This document shows positions 37,521 to 50,630 of a stretch of 64,000 bases of DNA, in pieces; the first letter of the stretch is position 1, and every line of letters begins with the position of its first letter. Source of the stretch: Mobula hypostoma (taxonomy: Eukaryota). Below the pieces are notes generated by a model. The model worked only from the letters and a program-made list of their open reading frames with translations. It was not told the origin of the DNA and did no database searches. The stretch spans positions 168,704,001 through 168,768,000 of the forward strand of contig NC_086097.1 of assembly GCF_963921235.1 (NCBI RefSeq), given 5' to 3'. The position numbers and the translations under genes were made by a program.

Positions 37521-38109
37521 TCAGAAATAAGGAAGATGATTGTTTCCCCTTTCAAAATAGATTTTTTTAGTTAAAAAGGGAATTCAACCTAACCGACTTC
37601 TGCTACTCTCCAATAAAATATAAGGTGTAACAGTAGAATTATCTTCACAAAAAAGAACTTCCTTGTTTTTGTTTTCTCTTGTGGAAAAATCACATTCAAC
37701 GCTATTAGCAGTAATAATCACAGAATAGCGGAACAAAATTACATTTACAAGACGCTACAGAGTTTAATCTCTCTTCCAGCATTGCTGGATAAATAACAAA
37801 CTATAAAGAAACATGCTTAGTTATGTAAGTGTACTTTACAAGAGGAAATGTGATTGGTTGAAGAATCTTGAAATATAAATAGCCCACTAATAGACTATAA
37901 CATCAAAGCAACATTTAAAAAAAACATTTCATATTGATGGAGACCAATTGAACTGACAATATTTTCACTCTTCGTTAAGCATGTACATTCTCCCATAACT
38001 GCAAGTTTGCCTTTTGGGAGAATCAATGTTTTTTTTAAAAAACAAATTAAATAATAACATTAAATCAATAGGCTAGCTTAAGACAAGAATACAAAGAAAG
38101 CGTACAAAC

Positions 38110-38300
38110 ACAGCAGCCCAACTGACAGAGCTACTGCCTCATAGTTCTGGCAACTCAGCATCAATCCTGATTGCTGTTGCTGTCTACGCAGTTCTCACAT
38201 TCTCTCTGGTTTGTGTCATTTTTTTCTGAGTGGTCTGGTTTCCTCACTCAATGGCGTACAGGTTGGTAGATTAATTGATCATTGAAAATTGTCCACAGGT
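38110..38300 (+). mobile_element. Old V-SINE
   Basis: tctggtttcctcactc..ttaattgatcattgaaaattgtcc resembles the copy at 36785-37060. Confidence 0.6.
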
Positions 38301-39891
38301 CAGAATGCATCTCTATAGGAAGAGAAATGGAGTTAAAATTTCAGGTTGAGGATTCTTCTGATGAAATGGTAACTCTCTGTTCCCAGATGATGCAACCTAC
38401 CTGCTGAGTATTTTCTGTTTTTAGTGTAGATTTTCAGCTTTTGCAGCTTTTTAAAAATTTCACTGCAAGTTGCAGATGGGATGGGTAATACATAGAATTA
38501 GTGGGAACATGGAGAGAGTAGGGTTTAATGCAAAGTGTTTGATGATTGGTGGGGACTCAGTGGACATGTTTGTGCGCTGTATAACAATGACTGTGTAATT
38601 TGCAGGCAGCATAGAGATCATTGAGCAATACAGCATGAATACAGGCCCTGGCACTGAGACAGTATCACATCAATTGCACAAATACCCCAGCTGGCAAATA
38701 TTCCAGTATATGCCTTAATATAATTTCAATGTTAGATCTCATGGAAAAACTACAAGTGTAGTTAATGGAGGAGGAGGAGGGTACTTTTGTTAACAACTTC
38801 TCAATTTCCAAACTTGTATGTGAACATAGACTGCAAGTTGTTGTTTCATTTGCCCTGTAATATCTTCTATAAGGATTGATTAGCCTTGCTAAAAATTGTT
38901 ACAGCAAATTAACTCCATTGTTTGTTTGAGCTTGTTTATTATAAGCTATTTAATTCATCCCTTTTTCATAGGGAATACATAATTACTTCCTTTAATGTCC
39001 AGTGTATTGAATGCAATTTAGTTGTGACTCTTGTTTCTGGCTCTTGAAGTTTATCAAAATTGCTTCCGTTCCAAGGATATCAGTTTAATGCAGTAAATTG
39101 GTATGATCTGGAAAGCATTTTCTGAAAGGGTGTAGGCACAGAATGTTAAAAAGAAAACACAATTGAATTATTTTTAGAGCTGGTTGTAGTGAATAGGAGT
39201 GGAGAAAGAGGAAAGAAAGAAATTTGTAAAGTTTTTTCAAAGAGTTGGCGCAGGCACTGTGGTCTTCCCTCTGAACAGTTAAAATGGTGCTGGATGTCAA
39301 TTGAAATGGTTTCTTAAGGTACCAGGCCTTAGTTCCTTACTCTAGATATATGCATAAAGTATGAAGTCTGACTAATGCATGACTTTTTTTTTGCTAGTGC
39401 CTCTCATGCAATGATTTATCAAATGAAAAAACTTTTATTGCTATTTTTCTTCATCAGTAAGATTATATACTACATAGAACATAATCAACAGATAGACGAT
39501 GAAAGTCACTTCCAACGCAAAACACCATTCCTCTGACAATTGCAGTATTTATGCACATTGCTGCATTAATGATACAATGACAAGGACAGGTGAGCAGAGT
39601 TTTTTTTTGATCGACCTGACTTGCCTAACATTGTTCTATAAAACAAAGAGGCCCTATTTTTTCTGGAGCATCTGTCCTCTGACCTCTTATCAATCAGGAG
39701 TGGCAGCAAAGTTGGACCGGATAGTTTGCTGTGAAGTGGCGTCAAGGGTCCTGATGTCAAGAACCGAATCCTGGTTTATCTCACTTCTCTCACTGATCAC
39801 AGCTGCCTCCCTCATCTCTGTTGTTGGCTCTGAGCAGGATTGGCTCTGAGCAGGATTGGCTCTTAGGTGTTTGGGCTGTCAATGGTCTTTA

Positions 39892-40500
39892 GAGTCAGAA
39901 TCAGTTTATATCCCTCTTATACGATACAAAAGTTGTTGTTTTGTGGCAAAGGCATAAAGTTACTATAAATCTCAAAATAAATAAATAGTGAAGAAGAAAA
40001 GAATAATGAGGTAATGTTCAAGGACCATTCAGAAATCTGATGGCAGAGGTGAAGAAGCTGTTTGGGTGAGTGTGGGTCTTCAGGCTCCTGTACCAGGGCA
40101 TGTCCCAGATGGTGATAATGATGGATGCTGCCTCTTACGCCATCTCTTGAAAGTGTCCTTGATGGTTGCAGGTTGTGCCTGTGAAGAAGCTACCTGATTC
40201 TCTGCAACCTCTTACAATCCCGTACATTGGAACCTCGATACCATGCTGTGAAGCAACCAGTCAGAATGCTCTTCACTGTACATCTACAGAAATCTGAAAG
40301 TCCTTGGTGACATAAAAAACCCCCCAAACTACAAATGAAGTAGAGTAGCTGGTATGCCTTCTTTGTGACAACATCATTGTGTTAGGCCTAGCATAGATGC
40401 TCTGCGATGTGGACACCCTGTAATTAAAGCTGCTCACGCTTTCCACTACCAACCCCTCAATGAGGACTGGTGCATGTTCTCCTGCCTAAAGTCCACAATT
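39892..40500 (-). mobile_element. Degenerate Rex 3' fragment
   Basis: Collinear with 13707-14460. Confidence 0.7.
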
Positions 40501-41586
40501 AATTTTCTGGTTGGGTCTCTGACACTGAACTCAGGCTCTGTGGTTTAGAAGGGAAGGGAGGAGAAGAGGCGAACTGTAGTGATAGGGAATTCAATGATTT
40601 GAGGAACAGGCAGGAGATTCTGTGGGCAAGAACGAGATTCCTGTATGGTATGTTGCCTCCCAGTTCCAAGGTCAGGGACGTCTCAGATCGAGTTCACAGC
40701 GTTCTTAAGTGGGAGGATGAGCAGCCAGATGTCATGGTCCATGTTGGTACCAATGACAAGGGTAGGAAGAATGACGAGATCCTGCAAAGTGAGTTCAGGG
40801 AGTTAGGTGCTAAGTTAAAGAACAGAACTTCCAGGGTTGTGATTTCAGGATTGCTACACATGCTAGTGTGGCCAGGAATAGGAATATAATAGTTTAACAC
40901 GTGGCTAAGGAAATAGTGCAGGAGGGACAGCTTCAGAGTTTGGGATCATTAGGCTCTCTTCTGGGAAGGTGGGACCTGTATAGACAGGATAGTTTGCACC
41001 TGAACTGGAGGGGCACTAATATCCTTGCAGGAAGCTTTGATAATGCTACATGGGAGGGGGGGGGGGTTGAATAAGAGTTGCAGGGGAATGGGAACTAGAG
41101 TACAGTACAGATAGAGGAGGGTTTGTGGGGAAAAATGTTGTTCAGCCCACATACAAAGTCAGGAATCGAAATGTGCATGGTAGGATTAATGTTCTGAATT
41201 GTGTATACTTCAATGCAATGAGTATTGTAGGAAAAGCAGATAAGGTTAGGGCAAGCAACGCAGATATTGTAATCATGAGTGAGACTTAGTAGCAAGAGGG
41301 GCAGCTCAATGTTCCAGGGTTCCATTGTATTAGACATGATAGAACATGAGGGATTAAAGGGGGAAGGGTGGCATAACTCATCAGGGAAAATGTCACGGCA
41401 ATGCTCAAACAGGATAGGTTGGAGAGCTTGTATACTGGGGCCATATGGGTGGAACTAAGGAATAAGAAAGGGATGACCATATTAATGGGATTATATTATA
41501 GCTACTCAGTTGTCAGCAGGATTTAGAGGATCAAATTTGTAGCGAAATCTCAGACTATTGCAAAAAAACACAAGGTTGTAATAGTA

Positions 41587-42153
41587 AACAACAGGAATTC
41601 TGCAGATGCTGGAAATTCAAGCAACATACATCAAAGTTGCTGGTGAACGCAGCAGGCCAAGCAGCATCTGTAGGAAGAGGTGCAGTCGACGTTTCAGGCC
41701 GAGACCCTTCGTCAGGACTAACTGAAGGAAGAGTAAGGGATTTGAAAGTTGGAGGGGGAGGGGGAGATCCAAAATGATAGGAGAAGAAGGAGGGGGAGGG
41801 ATAGAGCCGAGAGCTGGACAGGTGATAGGCAAAAGGGGATACGAGAGGATCATGGGACAGGAGGTCCGGGAAGAAAGACGGGGGGGGGGGTGACCCAGAG
41901 GAATATTCAGAGGGACAGAGGGAGAAAAAGGAGAGTGAGAGAAAGAATGTGTGCATAAAAATGAGTAACAGCTGGGGTACGAGGGGGAGGTGGGGCCTTA
42001 GCGGAAGTTAGAGAAGTCGATGTTCATGCCATCAGGTTGGAGGCTACCCAGACGGAATATAAGGTGTTGTTCCTCCAACCTGAGTGTGGCTTCATCTTTA
42101 TAGTAGAGGAGGCCATGGATAGACATGTCAGAATGGGAATGGGATGTGGAATG
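41587..42153 (-). mobile_element. Young 5'-truncated Penelope-like element
   Basis: Very similar to 32150-32700; perfect 14-bp TSD AGGTTGTAATAGTA (41573-41586 and 42154-42167). Confidence 0.93.
41684..41719 (-). ncRNA. Minimal type I hammerhead ribozyme, intact core
   Basis: Minus strand: AGTC-CTGACGA-A-GGG-TCTCGG-CCT-GAAA-C-GTC-GACT. Confidence 0.78.
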
Positions 42154-42598
42154 AGGTTGTAATAGTAGGTGATTTAGTATTCTAAGGGAATGGCGATGCA
42201 AGTATTTGGATAGACAGTGACTGATTAGGGATAGTCAACATGGCTTTGTGCATGTTAAGTCATGTCCAACCAATTTTATAGAGCTCTTCATGGAAGTTAG
42301 CAGGAAAGTTATGAAGGCAAGGCAGTGGATGTTGTCTACATAGACTTTAGCAAGACCTTTGACAAGGTTCGCATGGAAGGTTGGTCAAGAAGGTCCACTT
42401 GCTTGACATTCAAGATGAGGTAATAAATTGGATTGGACATTGACTCCGTGAGAGAAACCGGAGTGATAGTAGTTTGTTGCCTCTCCGACTGGAAGCCTGT
42501 GACTAGCAGTGTGCCACAGGGATCAGTGCTGGGTCCATTGTTGTTGTCATCTATATCAGTGACCTGGATGATGATATAGTAAACTGGACCAGCAAATT

Positions 42599-42826
42599 AG
42601 AACAACACACACAAAACACTGGTGGAATTCAGCAGGCCAGGCTGCATCAATGGAAAAAAGTAAACAGTTGACGTTTTGTGCTGAAACCAGTCCCGATGAA
42701 GGGTCTCGGCCTGAAACATCAACAGTTTACTATTTTCCATAGATGCTGCCAAGCCTGCTGAGTTCCTCCAGCATCTTGTATGAGTTGCTTTGGATTTCCA
42801 GCATCTGCAGATCTTCTCGTGTTTGT
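42599..42826. mobile_element. Fold-back mini-element made of two opposed Penelope tails
   Basis: Left arm (about 42600-42687) is the reverse complement of the right arm (about 42700-42795); 9-bp TSD CAGCAAATT (42590-42598 and 42827-42835). Confidence 0.85.
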
Positions 42827-43199
42827 CAGCAAATTGGAGTTCAACATTTAAGTGAAATTTGGATAGGTACATGGCTGGGAGTGGTATGGAGAGCTGTAGT
42901 CTGGGTGCAGGTCAATAGGACTAGACAAATAGTTCAACATGGACTTGATGGCCCAAAGGGACTGTTTCTGTGGTGTAGTGTTCTATGATTCCAATTCCTT
43001 GGTTTTGCTGATGTTGAATGCAAGGTTGTTGTGACACAATAAAACCAGTTGATTTGTTTCACTTCTGTACCCCTCCTCGTTGCCTTCTGAGATTTTACCA
43101 ACAACAATGGTGTCATCGGCAAATTTATAAATAACACGAGCTGTGTTTCACCATTTGTCTAGTTTAAGAATATGTATGTGCCAGTGTTATCAGCACACC

Positions 43200-44330
43200 C
43201 TTTCCATCTTCCAGCAGCTCTCTAGAGCATGAGTTTTTTTTTGTTGGAACTAGGCCTTCAGATCCCATATAGCTTGTTTTTCTTTTTGATATGTGGAAGC
43301 GTTTCCAATCCAACACATTATGTTTGTGCTTAATTATCTCCTGAAAGTCCTTGTCATTCCCATCAAGCTAGTTATAGTGTTTCTGGCAGAAAGGCCAAGG
43401 TCTCTTCACAAGTGCCTATTCAAATGGATTTCAGAGCATTCCAGATGCTTGTGAACACACTACAGCTCCTGTTACATGGGTATAGTTGAGATGTTTGCGT
43501 GGCACTTTTTGATGAGTGCAGGCTTCCTGAGACTTTTGATATTCATTTGCACAGGTAGTATTTTTTATTTTATTTTGGGGGGTCAGGTTGCTGCAGATAT
43601 TGGAGCAGATTAGGCAGTGATAACTCCAGCAGTCATTGGTACCTGCCATGATACAATGATAGGGATATCCATGCAGTCTCTCACTAGGACAATGATACAA
43701 TAAATGATGGCTGGATCAGAGTTGTTGTCATGAGGTGTTGTTCTGATCTTTCTGCTGAAATATTTGTTGATTACGACAAGATCATGGTCCCAGCATACTG
43801 TCTTAAGACGCTGTTGGAATTAGTTTTCCTATTCTCTTCTTATTCATCACACCATGCCAGAATATTGTAATAATTCCAACCCCAGAGTTACCAGAGGAGC
43901 AATTTGTCTCTCTGAGTTGCATATCAGGCCAGGACTTTTTCCAAGACAGAGTAGAAGTTCGCAGCCACATCTATAGTTTTCAGTGTTGGAGAATATGAGA
44001 TGTGACTCTCCAGCTCATATATGCTCATGAGCTGAGTCACAAGATATTCCCTTGGGAGAAGTCTTGGACATGAGAGACTAGGTTATGCTCGATTGCAAAG
44101 CTTCCAGAGACAACCTTTCAGATGGCTATCTTCTGATCACCATGTCTCACTGTCAACAGCAAGACATCCAGGTTTCTTGTCTACAACAACTGAGCAAAGG
44201 TCCTGATACTGCAGTCTGGTTGGCAGTGACAGCCTTGAACATGAGATGGCCATTGCACACCAGCTATCACATTGACCTGATAGGGTGCTGTCTTGCTCTA
44301 GTGATGGCTGGAGACCAAGCTCTGCTCCAC
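43200..44330 (-). mobile_element. Old RTE-like endonuclease region
   Basis: Decayed APE-endonuclease-like motifs on the minus strand (RVG..NSN.., HDLVVINKYF, C-SYHCLICS). Confidence 0.5.
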
Positions 44331-46054
44331 TAACAGGTCCGTGGTCCTTAACCACTGTATCTTCTTCATTTCCTCTCTCGTGACCCCTGGAAGCAGAGAG
44401 GTGGGGGTGGAGAAGTGAAGGTGCAGAATGTGAAAACTAGAGAAGGGTTCCAAGTGCAGAGAAGGAAGAAAGAAGGGGGTCAAGCAACAGGTGAAAGACA
44501 GAGGGAATTGGATGTAAGGGTTTGAGGGAAGGAGGCTGAGTATATGTGGGAAATGGCCATGGGCAGAGAGGCCATTGAAGGAAAAGGGATTCATGAATTT
44601 ACAGGAAAATATGACATAATTGAGTGGTCTAATATCAACATTAAGTATACGATATTTTACACATGTTTTTAAAGAGTTTTGTATGAGACTATGTTAGTTA
44701 GTAGTGCACTTCCTCGTGATTTTGGATATGTGTTTGCTTTTTAAATGTACTGCAGTAGGAACATGAGAAAATATTGCACTTCATTTGACTTAATCGATAT
44801 GTGTACAATGTATCAGAAAAAAACTGGCAGATGGAATTGGGGACACGAGGTGATCAGCTATGATCTAGATTCTGTGCAAATGTCTACTCATTACATCATC
44901 CAATTATCCACTACATCATTAGTTCAATCAGTAATCACAATAATTTCTTTAATTTGACTGAGTAGTCACACAAAATTCCGTTCTCAGTAACTTAAGGTAT
45001 TCAGATATCAAGGCACTTGAGCCAATGTAGCTATTATTGAACTTACATTCCTCAGTTCTCTGAGGGAGTTGGTCATTTTGGATACAACTTCATAAATGGG
45101 TATTGCCATCCTCTCACAGCTGCAAGACTAATGGCAGATGCAGATACTGCTGCCATTGAACAAAGAATGCTTGTGCTCGACTCCACTGAGCCCAAATCAG
45201 TTACAAGCCTTGTTATTGCTTCTCAGTAGCAATGGAAACAGATATTTTTAGCATTCATACAGAAACTGACATTACAGATAGAAGCCAAATAATAACAAGA
45301 AAAAATACACAATTACTCTTCTTCCACAATTAGTTTGTCATGACAATTGCATTAACAATTTTATTTCACATAACATTCCTCATTTTTATATTGGAGGAGT
45401 TTGAATATTTTTGGTTTGGTCCAGGAGTGTATCCCCACCCTCTTCCCCCAGCTCCACACCAATTTCTTCAGAAATACCCAATGCACAAACTTTTGCTATT
45501 TATCAACTACAACTGAACTGAAATGTGCATTTCAAGGTCACATTACTGTATTAAAAGTTATCACTAGGTCAGCACTGTCACTCTAATGACCAAAAAAATA
45601 TTTACAGCACTTCCAAAATAAATGACGTGAAGCTGTAATTTTACATGGTTGACTTAATTTTGGCACAGGAGTTTCATTAGTCGGGGCAAGAAAATACAGC
45701 TCTTATAATCAGCTTATAACCCTCTATAGGGTACAGCTGATTACAAGAATGGAGTACTTGCAATATAATGAAGTTGGCCAAATAAAGGACATTATATCAT
45801 TCTTGTGTATTGAATTTGAGTAGCAAATTGGCAAGGTGGTATAACAAACTGTTACAGTATGAATAAGTTGCGAGACAATTATCTTTTGATTTTAAGCATT
45901 ACTGGCAAGTGATCCATATCCATGCAGGACAAAGAACCATGGTTTTGGATTTAATGTAATTGAGTGACCAATGATAAACTACTCACAGGGCACAATGGTG
46001 CTGCAAGGACTTATTCTGGAACTCATGTATCTGATTCAGTGTACTTTGGCACCA

Positions 46055-48040
46055 GACAGATAGATAAATAGATTCTTTATTGATCCCAAAGGAAATTTGC
46101 AGTGTCACAGTAGCATTACAAGTGCACAGATATACAAATATTAGAATAGAAGAAAAAATAAAAAAATAAGTAACCTCAAACAGGAGGGGGTCATCACTTC
46201 CCTGGCTATAGGTCGACTCATTATAAAGCCTAATGGCCGAGGGTAAGAATGACCTTATGTAACACTCTTTGGAGCAGCACAGTAGTTTTAGTCTATTACT
46301 AAAAGGGCTCCTCTAGAATTGCTAGGGTTTTCCGTAGGTTCCTTTGTTCTACCACAGCCTCCTACATGTTCAGCTTGAATCCCATTAACAGAGCCAGCTT
46401 TCCTAATCAGTTTACTGAGCCTGTTGGTATCACCTGTTTTGATGCCATTGCCCCAGCAGACCACCACATAGAAGCTGTACTGGCAACAACAGACTGGTAG
46501 AACATGTGAAGTAGAGGCCTGCATACTCCAAAGGACCTCAGTATCAGGAAGTAGAGGCGACTCTGGCCCTTCTTGTACACAGCCTGTGTTGGTCCTCCAC
46601 TCAAACCTGTCATCCAGGTGCAACCCAGGTACTTGTACATCTTCAACACATCCATGTCTTCACTATCAATAGTAACAGGGAGAAGTCCAGGCTTGGTCTT
46701 CCTAAAGTCCGTCACCATCTCCTTTGGCTTACTGATGTTGAGCTGCAGATAATTCAGCTTGCACCATTTGACAAAGTCCTCCACCAGGGACCTGTATTCA
46801 TTCTCCAGTCTTCCACTTACATACCCAACTATTGCTGAGTCATCAGAGAATTTCTGCAGATGACATGATTCAGTATTGTATCTAAAGTCCGAGGTATACA
46901 GAGTAAACAGGAAGGGAGCCAACTCAATCCACTGTGGGGCCCCAGTGCTGCTTATACCCATGTCTGACACATAGCTTTGAAGCTGAACAAACTATGGTCT
47001 GCCAGTCAGATAGTCCATTACACAGGATACAATGGAAGTGTAACCTGCATAAAATAGAGCTTTTCCCCCCAACAATGAAGGCTGTATGGTATTGAAGGCA
47101 CTTGAGAAATCAAAAAACATGATCCTCACAGTGCTGTCCTGCTTACCCAAATGGGAGTAGGCTCTGTTCAGCAGGTAGATGACAGCATCATCCACTCCAA
47201 TGTGCGCCTGGTAGGCAACCTGCAGGGGATTGAAGGCTGATTTGACCAGGGATCGGAGGTGGCCAGTACTAGGCTTTGGGTCTTCATGGTGTGTGAGGCC
47301 AAGGCCATTGGACGACAGTCATTCAAGACTTTCAGTCGGCCCCTCTTGAGAATTGGAACTACACACAATGTTTTCCACACATTCGGGATCCTTTCCAGGC
47401 TGAGAGTCAGATTGAAATAGCACTGGAGAACTCCACACAGCTGCTCAGCACACTCCATCAGGACCCTGTGGTTCACACCATCCGGTCCTAATGCTTTGCT
47501 GTGTCTGAGTTTCCCCAGAGCCCTTCTCACCTGCTCAGTAGTGAAACTGAGTCCACAATGACTGGGGAATGGGTGGAAGGTGAGGGCTGGAGAAGGTGAA
47601 GATCAGGACAATAGCAGTTGGTATGTGGAGGTGTGGATGGTAGGTACAAGGGAAGGAGAAGATGTAGACAGTAGCAGTCTGTGTTGTTCATTCACGTGTT
47701 GAACTGGACAGAGGAGAGAGGAGTGGCGTTGGTGCTCAGGGAACATTGGGGGTCTCACCACCTGGTCTGGTGTGCTGGGGGGGGGCGGGTGGAGAAAAGA
47801 GTGAACAGGAGGGCAACTGTCAAACCTATTCAAGAATGTTTAATTCATGAGTCTACTCACGGCTTGGCTGATTGAAGCCAGTGATGTTCTTCATGCCTCT
47901 CCACACCTCCCCTGTGCTACTCTGCCCAAGCTCGTTCTCCAACTCTCTCCTGTATTTCTCTTTAGCCAACTTGATCTTCTCCTTTAGCTCCCTCTGCACA
48001 TATTTCAATTCCTTCCTGTCTCCTGATCTAAAGGTACTCA
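46055..48040 (-). mobile_element. Rex1/Babar LINE fragment
   Basis: KALGPDGV, VRIMFFDFSSAFNTI, GAPQ...LFTLYTSDF and QKFSDDSAIVG; (TATC)n tail. Confidence 0.9.
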
Positions 48041-48393
48041 AACAGTCACAAATTTCTTTTCACTCTCATGCTTGCAGAACCAAAATGAAAACATAGCTTA
48101 CATCCTACCAAACAGTACCTATGATCTATTGTCAGATCGTGGACTGAATCACCAACATGGGTAGAACTAAGTCTACATGCAGAGTAAATGGCTAAAAAAA
48201 ATTCAGAAAAACAACTTGCCATTTTAAAGTGTATGCACCTTTCCTGAAATTAGGCAAACGTACATTAATATACACCAACATATGCTCCCAGCCACACTCT
48301 GACAAAAATTGATCATACCTACAAACTCCACAAAGGGTTTAAAAGGCTATCAACATAGAAAAGTAACACATTTACATCGATGGTAAAGGAACC

Positions 48394-48612
48394 ATTTATT
48401 TATATTTACTTATTGACATACAGCCTGGAATAGGCCCTTTGAGCCATGTCGCCCAGTAATCCCCCAATTTAATCCTAGCCTAATCACAGTACAATTTACA
48501 ATGACCAACTAACTTACCAACCAGTATGTCTTTGGAATGTGGGAGGAAACCAGAGCACCTGGAGGAAATCTATGTGGTCATGTACAAACTCCTTACAGAC
48601 AGCGGTGGGAGT
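48394..48612 (-). mobile_element. 5'-truncated V-SINE
   Basis: TTTCCTCCAGGTGCTCTGGTTTCCTCCCACATTCCAAAGAC; same tail as the copy at 36785. Confidence 0.8.
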
Positions 48613-48649
48613 GGACAAGTTAGCAAACAGGCAGCCAGAGTTGTGCATC

Positions 48650-48960
48650 TTTGATTGAGGGACATGAGCTTAAATACCACTATGGCAGCTAAGGAATTCA
48701 TATTCAATCAAATTTGCTTAATTTTGGAAATTTAAAGGTAGCCTCAGCAATAAAAGCCATGTAACTACTGAAATTTTGCTGAAATCCATTTATTTCTGAT
48801 GTTTCTGCTGAAAAGAAATCTCATTCTCACCTGGTCTGGCCTGTTTGTGACTCCAGACGCACTAATGTGGTGCCTTTTAATTGCATCCCCACTTGAAAGG
48901 AAATTATAATTGTCAATACGAATGGGAATTATCAGCATGTAAACCAGGAAAGAATAAATT
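48650..48960 (+). mobile_element. Old shark-type SINE (related remnants at about 1810-1935 and 62690-62860)
   Basis: Shared aaattcaaa..aataaatctg motif; cctggtctggcct..gtgactccagac. Confidence 0.45.
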
Positions 48961-49489
48961 GAAGGTATTAAGATTTTTCATACTTTCAGGAAAACAGAAT
49001 TTCTAAAATGTGGTCAAAATCATTATACAGCAATATTGCAAATTGATTTTAAAACCAACTACAGTATAGGATTTAATTAGAAGCAATGACCAGAGAAATA
49101 CAAGTTACAGCTGCTGACAAACTTATCACAAGCAGCAACTACTATTCTCAAATACCAAATTATAAGAAAATCCCCTACAAAACATTGCAGAACACAGGAT
49201 TATATGATTTCAATGAAATTAGATGCTCTCCTGCTTCGGTTCACAGTACAAAAGCTTTAGACGAGCAAGAGTAATATTAAACCTTTCAGCTTAAGGATTT
49301 ACAAAAAAAATGAACAAACATACCATTTTGTAAAGTGTTAAACAATCCCGTGTCTGTTAACAGAAAGTGCCATATATATGGACAACCACTATGACCTTGG
49401 TGAACATCACAAGCGATTAGGAATGCAAGGTACACAACAGCAATCTGAGCTAAGCACCAGATGACATATTTCCCAAGGACGTTGTTTGG

Positions 49490-49885
49490 AGAATTTTAAA
49501 CACCTTACTGCCTTCCAGGCCCAACATTGAAATCAACGATTTCGGTCATCTAGCCTTTTGACTTCTATTTCCAGTATTCACAATCTTCCTACTTCCCTGC
49601 CCTCCCCCCAATTCTTCTGGCACTTTCAAATTCCATTCCTCTCCTCCCCTTTACACCTATACCCAGCCGTACCCCTTGACATTCTCCAACCTTCATCACC
49701 CTCTTTCAGCCAGTATCACTACAACTGTTATCTTTCATTGTTCCTGTCCCCGATTCCGCCTCTGCAAATTAAAACTTTTCTTTCAATTTCTGGTGCAAGT
49801 TATCACCACTTAAATGTTACCTTAATTTTCCCTGCACAGATATTGAATATTTCCAGTATTTCTGATTTCCAGAAGCTGCAAGAGC
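49490..49885 (+). mobile_element. Old Penelope 3' remnant
   Basis: Pyrimidine tract followed by a decayed tail ...cagat..atttccag..tttccagaagctgca. Confidence 0.4.
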
Positions 49886-49945
49886 TTTTCAAGAAATTAA
49901 CTTTGATTACAAATAAAATATCAAGAGTTTGTAAATATAATCAGC

Positions 49946-50002
49946 TTTATTTTGTAGCAAAATATTTTATGTTTTAATAAAAAACAATTCCCACACTTTA
50001 TT
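49946..50002 (-). terminator. Candidate CEP76 polyadenylation signals
   Basis: Minus-strand AATAAA at 49997-50002 and 49946-49951, about 190-240 nt after the stop codon in AT-rich sequence. Confidence 0.55.
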
Positions 50003-50188
50003 TTTCAATAAATAGACAACTAACAAGAAAGATATATGAAAAGCTTTCCGTCTCTGGGTTTGTAGAATTTAGTCTGGTTTTAAAAGATACCATCGGGTAG
50101 GATGGCTATAATGGAGCAGCAACAAGGAACCAGTCCGTTGTTAGCATCCACCAAAGTGAAAGCAGGTCTGTTTGAAAGCTCAGCTGCA

Positions 50189-50327
50189 TCAGAGAACAGA
50201 ACGGTACTTGCATGCAAACATAATCCAGACTGCACAGGCAGACTCAGGGTATGGGTACACTCTCACTCGGACAGCAAGTCGGACCTGGTCTCCTCGACAG
50301 CAAATTATTTCTTCACAGAACGGAGAC
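50189..50327 (-). CDS. CEP76: CEP76 last coding exon
   Basis: Acceptor ctattttag| at 50328, then G+SPFCEEIICCRGDQVRLAVRVRVYPYPESACAVWIMFACKYRSVL-TGA, recognised as the conserved CEP76 C-terminus. Absent from the ORF track because the exon is short and has no 5' ATG. Confidence 0.95.
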
Positions 50328-50389
50328 CTAAAATAGATATGGGGAGAAAAGATTAGAATAACCCAGTGGATAGTGCTCTCCCAAATATG

Positions 50390-50630
50390 CCTGGGTTCAA
50401 GTGCTATTTTGTACAGCTGACCATAAAAATCGAGGTTGATGCTGGAATCCAGTAATCAGGGAGTGTTGCATTATCAACTTGTTGAGTGAGATGTTAGAAC
50501 AAGTCTGTCACCCTTCTGAGAGAGAGGCAAAGACTGAATATTATGATTTCAGAGAATCTAGGTGCATTGGCCAATATTTGTGCCTCAGTCAACATAGGTT
50601 ATCTGGTAATTATCTTACTTTTGTTTGAAT
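50390..50630 (+). mobile_element. DeuSINE (SacSINE1-like) remnant
   Basis: gggttcaagt..cagggagtgttgca..gagatgtta..tggccaatattt..cctcagtcaaca..ttatctggtaattatc follows the Deu-domain motif order. Confidence 0.6.

Larger units (their letters stand above)
40510..42990 (+). mobile_element. Internally deleted CR1 hosting two Penelope insertions
   Basis: Esterase VMVHVGTND, endonuclease and RT remnants, CR1 tail near 42985. Confidence 0.8.

Noticed and set aside
50102..50356. 84-aa plus-strand ORF
   Set aside because: Antisense shadow of the CEP76 exon.
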